DNA of 64,000 nt, from the NCBI RefSeq assembly GCF_963921235.1, contig NC_086109.1:11286001-11350000 (forward strand), written 5' to 3'. The notes beneath the pieces were generated by a model. The model saw only the letters and a list, made by a program, of their open reading frames with translations, did no database searches and was not told the origin of the DNA. The DNA is from Mobula hypostoma. Lineage: Eukaryota. Made by a program: the position numbers and the translations under genes. Shown here piece by piece: positions 48,309 through 60,225 of the stretch. Each line of letters opens with the position of its first letter. Position 1 is the first letter of the stretch.

Positions 48309-50549
48309 GATTCCAGTTTCAGCATCTGAATGAGAAGATGTGAGCTAATGTTTGCCTATTAATTATTTACAACGTGATTGCCTTGGAATCAAAGTGTAAT
48401 ACAGTGTAGAAATAGGGGCTGTTGACAATTCTGATTTGACGGAGAATGGACGTGAAAGCACAGAGGGACATCTGGAGAAATTTCTGAAACGTTCGTTCGC
48501 TGCTGTCGCTACTGCGTGGTCAGGAATCTTTCGGAGGGTAGGCCTCAAAATCCCCGGCTTTGTCTGCTGTTGGCGACTGAGGTTGAGGTCGAATCATTTG
48601 GACAGAGATGGCGCTCAGTACTCGGTGTTGGAGAGCTGATCAGAGCTCGAAGTTTTTGGATGACTCAGAGTTGGATTGTGGTCGGCATGGCAGGGAGAGT
48701 TTTTCTTCCTTCTCCTGTCTGCGTGAGATGTGGGACATTTGAGAGACTTTGAACTTTTACTGTGCTCATGGACTTCTTCATCAGGTTATGGTATTGTTGC
48801 ACTGTTGTAACTATATGTTATAATTATGTGGTTTTGTCAGTTTTTTCAGTCTTTCTTTGTCCTGTGTTTTGTGATATCACACCGGAGGAAATATTGTATC
48901 ATTTCTTCATGCATGCATTACTGAATGACAATAAGAGGACTGCGTGTCTTCATAATCTGAAAAAACAGGACCCTCAGGCCAACCTGTCCATGCTTACCAT
49001 CTAAAATATTTCTTATGGCCATATCCCTTTAAACCTTCCATTACTGTACCTGGAAAGCACCTTGTAAATGATGGTTGTACCGGCCTCAATCATTTCCTGC
49101 TGCTGTCTGTAAGGAGTTTGTACGTTCTCCTTGTGACCATGTGGGTTTCCTCGGGGAGGTCCGGTTTCCTCCCACAGTCCAAAGACATACTGGATGGTCG
49201 ATTAATTGGTCATTGTAAATTGTCCTGTGATTAGGCTGGGTTAAATAGTTGGGTTGCTGTGTGACACAGCTGGAAGGGCCTGTTCCACACTGTATCTGAG
49301 TAAATAAAAGGATTTCCTCTGGCAGCTAGTTCCATGTAGCCTGAAAAAAGTTGTCCCCTCGGGTCCCTTTTATGTCTCAGCTGAAATCTATGCTTTTTAG
49401 CATTTGATTCCTTTCCCTGGGAAAAATACCGTGCATTCGCCCTATCCATGTACCTCAATGAGATCACCCTTCAGTTGCTTATGTTCTGCCCAACTGGACA
49501 TTTGATCTGGTTCTGTGGCTAATACTGTTGAATGTATACAAGAGCATATCTCTAACTTGCACCATGCAGCTTACTCCTTAACATTTATGTTGGCTTTTTG
49601 TATTATGGGCATCCCAGGTAAAGAACGGATGTCCCGCAATTGATTTTGCATGCAAGTTGAAAAATACACAACAATCACTAGGTGTAACCTTAACTCTATA
49701 ATATTGTAATGAATAGTATTAAAATCATTGATTCCATAACCTGTGAACTCCTTTTCAAGGACTCTACAACTTGTGTTCTCAGTATTATATACTTCTTTAC
49801 TTATTGCACAGTTTGTCTTTTGCATATTGGTTTTTGTGTGTAGTTTTCCATTGATTCTGTTTTTCTGTTCTACTCTGAATGCCTGTAAGAAAATGAATCT
49901 CAGTAGTATATGGTGACATATATGTATTTTAATAAATTTGCTTTGAATTTGGAGAAAGAACAGTTATTCAAGGAGAAAGAGAAGAAACTAATTCAGCCAT
50001 TTTACAAACAAACATTGGAAATTAATGGGGCTGCTATAGAAGTTTGTATGTAGGGGTGTCAGTAAGTTAGCGACATTTATAACCCATAGAATGGCCTTTA
50101 CCTGAATCTTTAAATGCATCTGTATTTTAAGTACTTCTGTGCCTTTGCAGTTCATTTTTCTTTAAACACGTGCTGTTTTATGCATGCATGGTGACTACTT
50201 CCTGAATGTGACCATTTTATTAAATGGATTTCCTTTCACAGATGCTAATTTTTATACAGATTATGGTGTGACATGCTCTATTTTCATCATGTCTGCCCTC
50301 ACTTAATGTTAAATTGTCAATAATATTAAAAAGGATAAAATCAAAAGAGACTTGAAACGAATTCCAGCAATGTGCGTATAATTCTACTAAAAGCTTAATA
50401 TTCAAAAACAGAAGCAGCATAAATGATTATTCAGATCTGCATTTTAATTTATTTATGCATTTATTTACTTTTTGAAAAAAGAACTCTGACTTTTATTATT
50501 TTTCAGTGCTGTGGTTACTTACAAGAATTATGTTCCCTCTCTCTGATTC

Positions 50550-50910
50550 TTCTTCATTATGTGCAGTTTCATATGACATGGGCGATCATGGTTTACGTGA
50601 CCACAAATGTTGGCAAATTTTTCTACAGAAGCTGTTTGCCATTGCCGCCTTCTGGGCAGTGTCTTTACAAGATGGGTGACCCCAGCCAATATCAATGCTC
50701 TCCAGTGATTGTCTGCGTGGCGTCAGTGGTCACATAACCAGGGCTCATGCTGTGTATCAGCTGCTCTTACGACCACTCACCAGCTGTTCCCACGGCTTCA
50801 CGAGATCCTGCTCTGGGGGGGTGGGGGGCGGTGCTAAGCAGGTTCTGCACCTTGCCCAAGGGAAGGAACGCCTCGCACCTCCTTTGGTAGAGAGGATTCT
50901 CCACCCTATT
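50550..50910 (-). mobile_element. SINE-like element with RTE/BovB-type tail; second copy at ~60362-60750
   Basis: Plus-strand TTTGCCATTGCC..CTTCTGGGCAGT is the reverse complement of the RTE-type GCAATGGCAAA tail motif; the two copies are colinear. Confidence 0.65.
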
Positions 50911-52044
50911 GCCTCTACGATTAGGCTTCCTAGTTAATAGAGATGTATTACAATGCACATTCAGCTTCAGATTAACATATCTCATTAAAAACAAGCCATC
51001 AAGTTTTACAGTTTAGCAAATATCTAACCTCTGATCAATTTTTCAGCTTGTGGGAGTCGGGGTGCAGAAGGCCTGTAGTAATGTAGGAATCTATTTGATG
51101 GAATTTTTGCAGTGTATTTTGTTTCATGAAAAGTGCTGCCATGTACCGCTATTTTCAAAGAAAAAATAGAAGAGCACTTTTTAATATGAGCTGCTCTTTG
51201 GGTTGTGGGCAATCAAACAGGAACACACTGCAGTTGCGCAAGATATCAGCTGCTGTCTACTTGAGGAAGTTTTGGGTTTCACTTTGACGTTCCCATCTCT
51301 GTGAATCTTATTAATTATCCATCCTCGGGCAGGTTTTTGGCTGTGATATCGCCTTGGGTATCCAAGATCCTGTGATGGTTTGCGCTTATTGGTTGCTGTA
51401 TCCAGTAAACTAAAAGCTCAAATTACCAGCCTTATTTCCAGGTAGTGAGAGATACTAAAACTGTGACAAAGCACATGATTATTGTCAACTTCCGGGCTGA
51501 ATGTTAGAATATGTACTTACACTAACAATAACCTGATGAAGGGTCTTGGCCTGAAACATTCACTGTTCATTCCTTTCCATAGATATTGTCTGACCTGCTG
51601 AGTTCCTCCAGCATTTAGTGTGTTATTCTGGATTGTCAGCATCTGCAGAATCTCTTGTATTTATTATATGCTAATTACAATTTACTTTGAGTCTCAGCTG
51701 TTGTATTAAAGGCTCACTTTTAACATTTAAGAAAAACTTGGAGATGGATGAGAGGTGTATGGAAGGATATGGTCCAGGTGCAGGTCAGTGGGATTAGGCA
51801 GAAAAATGGTTCAGCACAGCCAAGGAGGGCCAAAAGACCTGTTTCTGTGCTGTAATGTTCTATGGTTCTATAGTTCCAAGTTTCATGGAAATAGTTAAAA
51901 AGTTATTAAAAAGACAAACTGAAGTTTAACTGAGTAACAGATTATGTATTTAAATGAAATGCAGAACAAATTAGAGCACCAATGCTGCCATAAAATGTAC
52001 TATAAAATTGCATATTAGCTCCTAATAGTTATTGACGGAGGAAA

Positions 52045-53740
52045 CAGAATCAGGTTTTTTTATCACCGGCATGTGTCGTGAAATTTGTTAACTTAGCAGC
52101 AGCAGTTCAATGCAATACATAATATAGAATAAATAAATTAATTAATTACAATGTAAGTATATTGAATAGATTAAAAATCATGCAAAAAACAGAAATAATA
52201 TATATTTAATAAGTGAGGTAGTGTTCAAGGGTTCAATGTCCATTTAGGAATCGGATGGCAGAGGTGAAGAAGCTGTTCCTGAATTGCTGAGTGTGTTCCT
52301 TCAGGCTTCTATGCCTCCTACCTGATGGTAACAGTGAGAAAAGGGCATACCCTGGGTGCTGGAGGTCCTTAACGAATGCTGCCTTTCTGAGACACCCCTC
52401 CTTGACGATGTCCTGGGTACTTCGTAGGATAACGCCTAAGATGGAGCCAACTAAATTTACAACCCTCTGCAGCTTCTTCGGTTCTGTGCAGTAGCACCAC
52501 CCCACCCCACCGCCCCGCCATACCAGACAGTGATGCAGCCTGTCAGAATGCTTTCCACGGTACATCTGTAGAAGTTTTTGAGTGTATTTTTTGACATACC
52601 AAATCTCTTCAAACTCCTAATGAAGTATAGCTGCTGTCTTGCCTTCTTTATAACTCTATCGATATGTTGGGACCAGGTTAGGTCCTCAGAGGTCTTGAGA
52701 TCTTGCACCCAGGAACTTGAAACTGCTCACTCTCCACTTCTGATCCTTCTATGAGGCTTGGTTTGTGTTCCTTCGTCTTGCCCTTCCTGACGTCCACAAT
52801 CAGCTCTTTCTTCTTACTGACGTTGAGTGCCAAGTTGTTGCTGTGACACCACTCTACTAGTTGGCATATCGCACTCCCGTATGCCCTCCCATCATCACCT
52901 GCCAACAATGGTTGTATCATTAGCAAATTTATAGATGATATTTGAGCTATTCCTAGCCACACAGTCATGAGTATAGAGAGAGTAGAGTAGTGGGCTAAGC
53001 ACACATCCCTGAGGTGCACCAGTGTTGATCATCAGCGAGGAGGAGATGTTATCTGAGTAGGAGTTCAGTCTAGTCCTGACCAATCTCTAAAAAGCATTTC
53101 ATCACTGCAGATGTGAGTGCTACTGGGCGATAGTCATTAAGACAGCTCACATTATTCTTCTTAGGCACTGAATTAATTGTTGCCTTTTTGAAGCAAGTGG
53201 GAACTTCTGCCCATAGCAGTGAGAGGTTAAAATGTCTTTAAGTACTCCTGCCAGTTGATTGGCACAGGTATTCGGAACATTACCAGGTACTCCATCGGGA
53301 ACTTCCGCCTTGCGAGGGTTCACTGTCTTTAAAGACAGCCTAACATCGGCCTCTGAGACAGATCACAGGATCATTAGGTGCAGCAGGGATCTTCACAGCT
53401 ATAGTTATATTCTCCCTTTCGAAGCAGGCATAGTAGGCGTTGAGTTCATCTGGTAGTAAAATAGCACTGCCATTCATGCTGTTGGGTTTTGTTTTGTAGG
53501 AAGTAATATCTTGCAAACTCTGCCAGAGTTGTACATCTAATGTCACCTCCAACCTCGTTCAAAATTGCCTCTTTGCCCTTTAAGTAGCCCACCGCAAATC
53601 ATACCTGGTTTTCTGGTACAGGCCTGGGTTGCCAGACTTGAATGCCATAGATCTAGCCTTCAGCAGACAATGTGCCTCCTGGTTCATCCACGGCTTTTGG
53701 TTTGGGAATTCATTCATTGTATGCTGCTGTGTATGGGGTG
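52045..53740 (-). mobile_element. Rex1/Babar-like LINE, long degenerate fragment
   Basis: Minus strand: FPNQKPWMN, LPDELNAYYACFE, INTGAPQGCVLSPLLYSLYTHDC...IYKFANDTT, QLYFIRSLKRFG..KNFYRCTVESILTGCITVWYG. Confidence 0.9.
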
Positions 53741-54239
53741 TCCAGGGAGGGGTGCCACATCTCATGAAAGCTTGTGTCCATTCTGGGGCAACTGACTCCT
53801 TTTTGATTCCCACCAGAAACTCAGCTCTTATCTGTGGCCCCAAGCAGCTGTTTGCATGTGATAGCAGCCACACCCCTATACACCATTTCGACAGGTGGGC
53901 TAAACCAGGTGAGGGTAGCTGGTGAAGTAGGGACGTGCATGCGAAGTCACCTCTGACGGAATGGGTGGATGAAATCAACAATGAGATCCAATAGCCAAGA
54001 AGGTGGTTCTGCACCACTTCGTGGAGTGCAAAGGACATGATAAGGCACAGAAGACATCATAGTTATCCACTGCAACCAAGGAAGACCCCAGTTTGTGACT
54101 ACTCAAATGACACTAGACCTGAACTTCCAAGGTTGTGGGAGTGGAACTGCCCCAGTGCACTTTAAAACTCTCCCATAAGGGTTTCACTGTCATCGTTGGA
54201 TATGATAGACAACCAACAAACTGACACATTCATTTGATC

Positions 54240-54787
54240 AACAGTAAATGAACAAAATTGGTGCAGACACGCAGTGCAAATAATGGACTGCCTTCATGCA
54301 GTGCCTTGGATGATTGCATCCTCCAAATCTTCATTTTCGTTGCAACATTCAAGATGATTTGTAAATACTTTCAAATTCTTTGTAGGTCCTAATTTGTTAA
54401 AGTAATGAAATCATTTCATTTTCACTCTTGGCAGTTTCTGGCACTTCCATGTGAATGCTTGAAACTCATTTAGTGAAACAATTCTGAATTGTCTTGCTTC
54501 TTATTTCTTGCCATCAGAGGCAAAAATCACTTTTTGAACAGAAACACATAAGCAACGTTTTGAACTAAGCACGATGTACTATCAAACAGCCACACAGGTT
54601 TATGCAGTTGATGCTAGTTAGAAACTGTTTGGCAACAGTCTCCTGACCCATTAAGTGGCATAGTGTCTGTCCCAACTAAACAAAGTGAATCCTGGCTATT
54701 TTCTTGATTAGCCTTTGTACTTTAAGAGTAGTCCCAAATAAGTGGCTGCCCTGATTAACCAACGGCCCAATTAACAGGAATTCACTG
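54240..54787. mobile_element. Tc1/pogo-type DNA transposon remnant
   Basis: Right end GGCCCAATTAACAGGAATTCACTG|TA with subterminal repeated CCCAA.TAA motifs; left TIR not clearly seen. Confidence 0.45.
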
Positions 54788-55704
54788 TACTATCCAAAGT
54801 TTGTGAGAGAGACAGGCCATAAGTTAATGATTTCACGTCCTTTAGTTCCCAGTGTACTTAGTAATAGTACACCAAAAACTGTTTCATTGTGTTGAAGGTT
54901 GCTTTCAATGTCTTGGAGTTTTTTTTTGTTTACCTTTTAAATGCGATTATTGTACCTGCATTGACCAGTTCTGTTGGCAGTTCATGCCGTATACACACCA
55001 CCCTATTGGCTTATAACACTAGATAGGGGCCCATTGTGTACGTAAGCTAGAAAGATCAAGGTGGTCTGTTTTTCATGGTTTACAAGTAATTCATGTTTAT
55101 AGGTAGTAATTATTTTAATATCTAGTTTGACTTAAGAATCCTACCTTCTCTTGTAATAAACTTGTGCTAAAATTGCAGTCCCTAATAGGTCATTGCTTGG
55201 AGCAGAATTACTCCTCTACCTCAGAGCAGAATTATTAGTATCACGGCTAAAAGTTTTCACTGTGTGATTCATGCAAATTGTTTAATGTCAGCAAGGTGGC
55301 TGTTGGAACTAAGTGTAAGCCTCCTTCAAAAAGCCTCCAAATGACTCAGCAGGTGTATGTGCATGATATTCTGAGTTACAAGTCCTGGCTGGAAAGTTTG
55401 TTTTCAAAAAGATGACCTTCAAAGATTTTGGTAAGCTCAAGTGCATGCAGGCTTTTTTCAATCTGCTCTATTTACCCTTTCATGTTTGCTGTGTGTACTC
55501 ATGAGTGATGTGGAATGTCCTTACTTCTGCGAACACATTTCTGGTGTCAAATTAGCAATATAATGTGGTTAAGGACATTTGACAAAGGTGATCTCTGTCA
55601 GAGAAGAGCATGTTGCCTAAGTGATTTTATAAACGATCTCTTTCTCATTGGTGACATACTTTGGCCTGGCCTTCTGTCATAAGCCATAGAATAACTTTGA
55701 ATCC

Positions 55705-57270
55705 GCAAACACGAGAAAATCTGCAGATGCTGGAATTTCAAGCAACACACACAAAATGCTGGTGGACGTAGCAGGCCAGGCAGCATCTATAGGAAGAAGT
55801 ACAGTCGACGTTTCGGGTCGAGACCCTCCGTCAGGACTAATGGAAAAAAGAGATAGTAAGAGATTTGAGAGGGGGAGGGGGAGACCCGAAATGATAGGAG
55901 AAGACAGGAGGGGGAGGGATGGAGCTAAAAGCTGGGAAGTTGATTGGCAAAAGGGATACAAGGCTGGAGAAGGAGGAATATCATGGGACGGAAGGCTTTG
56001 GAAGAAAGAAAGGAGGAGGGGAGCACCAGAGGAAGATGGAGAACAGGCAAGTAGTTATTGTGGGGGGGGGGGGGTGAGAGAGAGAAATAAATAATAAATT
56101 AGGGATGGGGTAAGAAGGGGAGGAGGGGCATTAACAGAAGTTAGAGAAATCAATGTTCATGCCATCAGGTTGGAGGCTACCCAGACGGAATGTAAGGTGT
56201 TGTTCCTCCAACCTGAGTGTGGCTTCATCTTTACAGTAGAGGAGGCCGCGGATAGACATATCAGAATGGGAACGGGATGTGGAATTAAAATGTGTGGCCA
56301 CTGGGAGATCCTGCTTCCTGTGGTGGACAGAGAGTAGGTGTTCAGTGAAGCAGTCTCCCAATCTGTGTCGGGTCTCACCAATATATAGAAGGCCACACCG
56401 GGAGCATTGGACGCAGTATATCACCCCAGCTGACTCACAGGTGAAGTGTTGCTTCACCTGGAAGGACTGTCTGGGGCCCTGAATGGTGATGAGGGAGGAA
56501 GTGTAAAGGCATGTGTAGGACTTGTTCCGCTTACAAGGATAAGTGCCAGGAGGGAGATCGGTGGGAAGGGATGGGGGGACGAATGGACAAGGGAGTTGCG
56601 TAGGGAGCAATCCCAGCGGAAAGCAGAAAGTGTGGCAGGGGGAAAGATGTGCTTAGTGGTGGGATCCCGTTGGAGATGGCTGAAGTTACGGAGAATTATA
56701 TGTTGGACATGGAGGCTGGTGGGGTGGTAGGTGAGGACAAGAGGAACCCTATTCCTAGTGGGGTGGCGGGAGGATGGAGTGAGAACAAATGTGCATGAAA
56801 TGGGAGAGATGCGCTTGAGGGCAGAGTTGATGTTGGGGGAAGGGAAGCCCCTTTCTTTAAAAAAAGGAAGACATCTCCTTTGTCCTGGAATGAAAAGACT
56901 CATTCTGAGAGCAGATGCAGCGGAGACGGGGGAATTGAGAGAAGGGGATGGCATTTTTACAAGTAACAGGGTGGGAAGAGGAATAGTCCAGGTAGCTGTG
57001 AGAGTCCGTGGGCTTATAGTAGACATCAGTAGATAAAGCTGTCTCCAGAGATAGAGACAGAAAGATCAAGAAAAGGGAGGGATGTGTTGGAAATGGACCA
57101 GGTAAATTTGAGGGCATGGTGGAAGTTGGAGGCAAAGTCGATGAAGTCAACAAGCTCAGCATGTGTGCAGGAAGCAGCGCCAATGCAGTCGTCGATGTAG
57201 CGAAGGAAAAGTGGGGGACAGATACCAGAATAGGCTTGGAACATGGATTGTTCCACAAAACCAACAAAAA
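55705..57270 (-). mobile_element. Penelope-like element, 5'-truncated: RT C-terminus, GIY-YIG endonuclease, 3' terminal repeat with hammerhead motif
   Basis: Frameshifted ORFs: FLRYIDDCIG (RT motif); LPFLDL; DVYYKPTDSHSYLDYSSSHP..CKNAIPFSQF.RLR.ICS; RVPLVLTYHP; GVIYCVQCSRCGLLYIGET (GIY-YIG); stop at 56131-56133. Best-preserved PLE in the window. Confidence 0.93.
55802..55839 (-). ncRNA. Minimal type-I hammerhead ribozyme motif in the PLE terminal repeat
   Basis: Minus strand UAGUC-CUGACGG-A-GGGU(CUCG)ACCC-GAAA-C-GUC-GACUG: stem I, core (one change from CUGANGA), stem II, GAAA, self-complementary ACGU stem III, GUC cleavage triplet. Confidence 0.75.
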
Positions 57271-59959
57271 GGCTTTAAATCACAGCTTTAGGGCCGATAC
57301 CCTTTGACAGATATGCCCTAGGTAGGGATTGGTTTAATTGGGCATCTTCAACTCAGTTTGGTCCAACTTAGTTGGACCATAGGGTCTGCTCCTATGCTGT
57401 ATGTTCAATTAAAGCAGAGGTTTTCACCTGTGATGACAGATATAGAATAAAAAAATAGCAGAATTTTGCTTCTGAACTTCTGCTGTGAAATATGGATAAA
57501 GCCTAATAAAGGTCTTTTTATCATCATAATTCAGGGAGCTGTATTAACCTTGTATCCATTTGAAAGCCCATTAGTGTCTTGATAATTTTGGATGTCAGAA
57601 GCTTTCAAGAAATTTCACAATCAGTTAATATGAAGGCGCTTTTGTGTATGCCTCTGGAAGGTTATGAGAAATCAAGTCAGGTGACTCAATCTATTTAACA
57701 CAAAGTTTACTCAACGCTGTGGGTGGGGGTTAGACAATTCAGTTCTTAGGAAGTGCGTTGACTGTGAAACAGAATTTTATGAAAAAATACACCAGTGGGG
57801 CACTGAAGCAAGAAGGATGTCTCAGAAGCATATTGAGGTACAGTTTCAGTTTTCTTTCACAATTTTAACATTTAATATTTTTAAGGCTCAAGGCAATCTT
57901 GAGCAGAAGTTGTCACTTAATTTACAAGGTGACATGCTTTTCACTTGAAAACCTATTGGAGGGATTTGCTTTGAATAGTGTAGATATACATAAATTGTGG
58001 CTCTGGTTTCAAATAGGTGGTTGTATAAAAGGTGCAAATATTGTAAGGTTTTGAGTTAACATATCCTCATCCCGCCACTTAATTAGGTTAAAAACAGTTA
58101 CTGAATTCTCACGGTGAGATCTCTCAAAATGAAATCAATCCTTCATATGGAGCTGGGCTTTCTTGGTTTTGGTTCCCAGTCTCCTGTATTAGATTACAGG
58201 ATGTGGGCCTCATCGGCAAAGCCTCCATTATCATCCATACAAAGTTCTGTTTGAAATGACTATATTGAGGTAATTTTAGAGGATAGGCACAGTTTCGTTG
58301 GTATAACCTTGTAATATAGGGTGTTCTGGGGAAGGAGAATAGATATTCTTGCCTAAAGAACTCTGGTGAATCAAGCAAACTTTCAGTAGCACTCCTGTGG
58401 TTCCATAGACACATTTTCTTTTGTTCTATGTTAACTGAATAAGTTAATTGAATTTAAATTTTGTAGAATCTGTGGTGGGACATCAGTCATATTTCCGGAA
58501 GAGTAGCCCAGTCATCTGGATTATTAACCTTGTTAATAAAGCCACTGGTGCCTTCACTGGGTCAGCAGCTCCTCATTTGTTAGCAGTACTGTGGCAAGAC
58601 CTGCCAAGCTACCTCATCTAGTTCTTATTGAGATTTATGTGTTCACACTGAGTGAAATGTGAATTCGATCAGAGATTCTCTTCCCCCCCAAAGAATCACT
58701 TGAAGAGCACCTGGGGGGCGGGGAGGGGGGGGGGGTTGAGAATCTAATATCCTGTGCGATGTGTAGCTTTCAGAGTATGAACATACTAAAAATGTAATTG
58801 CAGTTTCTTTTCTCTGTATTACTTTCCTTACCTGCCTCTGGTAATTTATGTACTGCGTGTTAAAAAGGATAAATAGGTGACAGGCAATTGAAGAATGAGA
58901 GGCTGTGAGTCGTGCATGAAGTTGAACAGGACCTCAGCTTATTAGTGTCATCTTAAGGCAAACCTAAAGTTAGTCATGATTGGAGAATTCATTGAAATGT
59001 GATTCAACGGACACTGAATGGTATTTTTAAAAGTGTGTTGGATGTATTGAATCATAAAACTGGTAAGCACATGCGAAGGTGTGCAGGTAACATGGAGGGC
59101 TTGGTCAAGACTATTGTCAGATAATTTTTCACAGAGAGGAATGGTTATCCAATTAAGTAGTGATATGATGGGGACGCAAGCTATGAATGCATGCTTAACA
59201 TTTTAGGAACAGCTTCTTCCCCTCTACCATCAGATTTCTGAACGATCTGTGGATATTATCTCACTATTTTGCTCCCTTTGGGCACTATTTATTTGTATTT
59301 CTTGTTGTAACTTAGTTTTCTAAATGTATTGTGTGGTACTGATGCCACAAAGCAAGAAATTGCATGACCTATGCCAGTAATAATAAACCTGATTCTGAGA
59401 GACATTGCTTTCTGGTATTTATCTTATTTTGGTCTGCCACTGCAGATGAATTGAACACAGATGTAGTCTGTTCCTGCAGTAGCTATGAATAGGGAGGTGT
59501 TAGAAGAGAGAGGATAGTGATGGTTAGGGGTAGGGGGTTGCCTTGCGCCTGAATGTGGGAGTGCTGATAACCATTTGTTTAATAGTGAAGATGGTGACTA
59601 ATGAAAATACAATGCAATTAATAGCTCCAGTTTTCCTTCCCTATGATGGAGGATTGAACTGTGAGAGGGTGGAACACAGCTCCACCAACACAGAAGGGTC
59701 TGTTTGTGAAGGAACTGCAGGCGAATATTCAGTTGGGGGAAAAAGTAAAATCTTTGTCGATTTGATATAATGTACCTTTCAAAGGTTTTGAAAAGAGTGT
59801 CTGCATAGCTGGAGACAAACTTGAACCAGGAAGCTGTTAGCAACATCTTGCACGTTAACAGGGTAAAACCTCTGAGGACACTTCATACAGGTGATACTGA
59901 GCAAAATCTAACACTGAAACATGGAAGGAAATACTTGCAAGTTAGTGTAAAACTATAGC

Positions 59960-60225
59960 TCCACCATGGACAGTCCCAAGCCCAGCAGTAAATGGAGCAG
60001 AATTGGGCATGGGGCTAGCGACCCCATCCCCTCAAAAATCAGAGAGCACCACAGGAATGCCAACAGAAGCTCCAAAGACCTCATCCCTGGGAGAGGAAGG
60101 ACCTTTGCCCAGAAGATGTATGAAGTAGTGTGGTGATGGGGCTGGTCAACCTTAAATCCAGGACTGAGGACTGTGGCGAGCTGCTGTTGGCGATTAATGC
60201 CCCACTAGGGGCGATGGGTTTAAAA
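59960..60225 (+). mobile_element. RTE-derived non-autonomous element
   Basis: GGACAGTCCCAAGCCC..TTGGGCATGGGGCTAGCGACCCCATCCC head and GGACTGTGGCGAGCTGCTGTTGGCG..ATGCCCCAC tail resemble RTE-clade 5' and 3' ends. Confidence 0.5.

Noticed and set aside
56131..57267. Functional PLE protein or domesticated GIY-YIG gene
   Set aside because: The coding sequence is split over four frames by frameshifts and is 5'-truncated.
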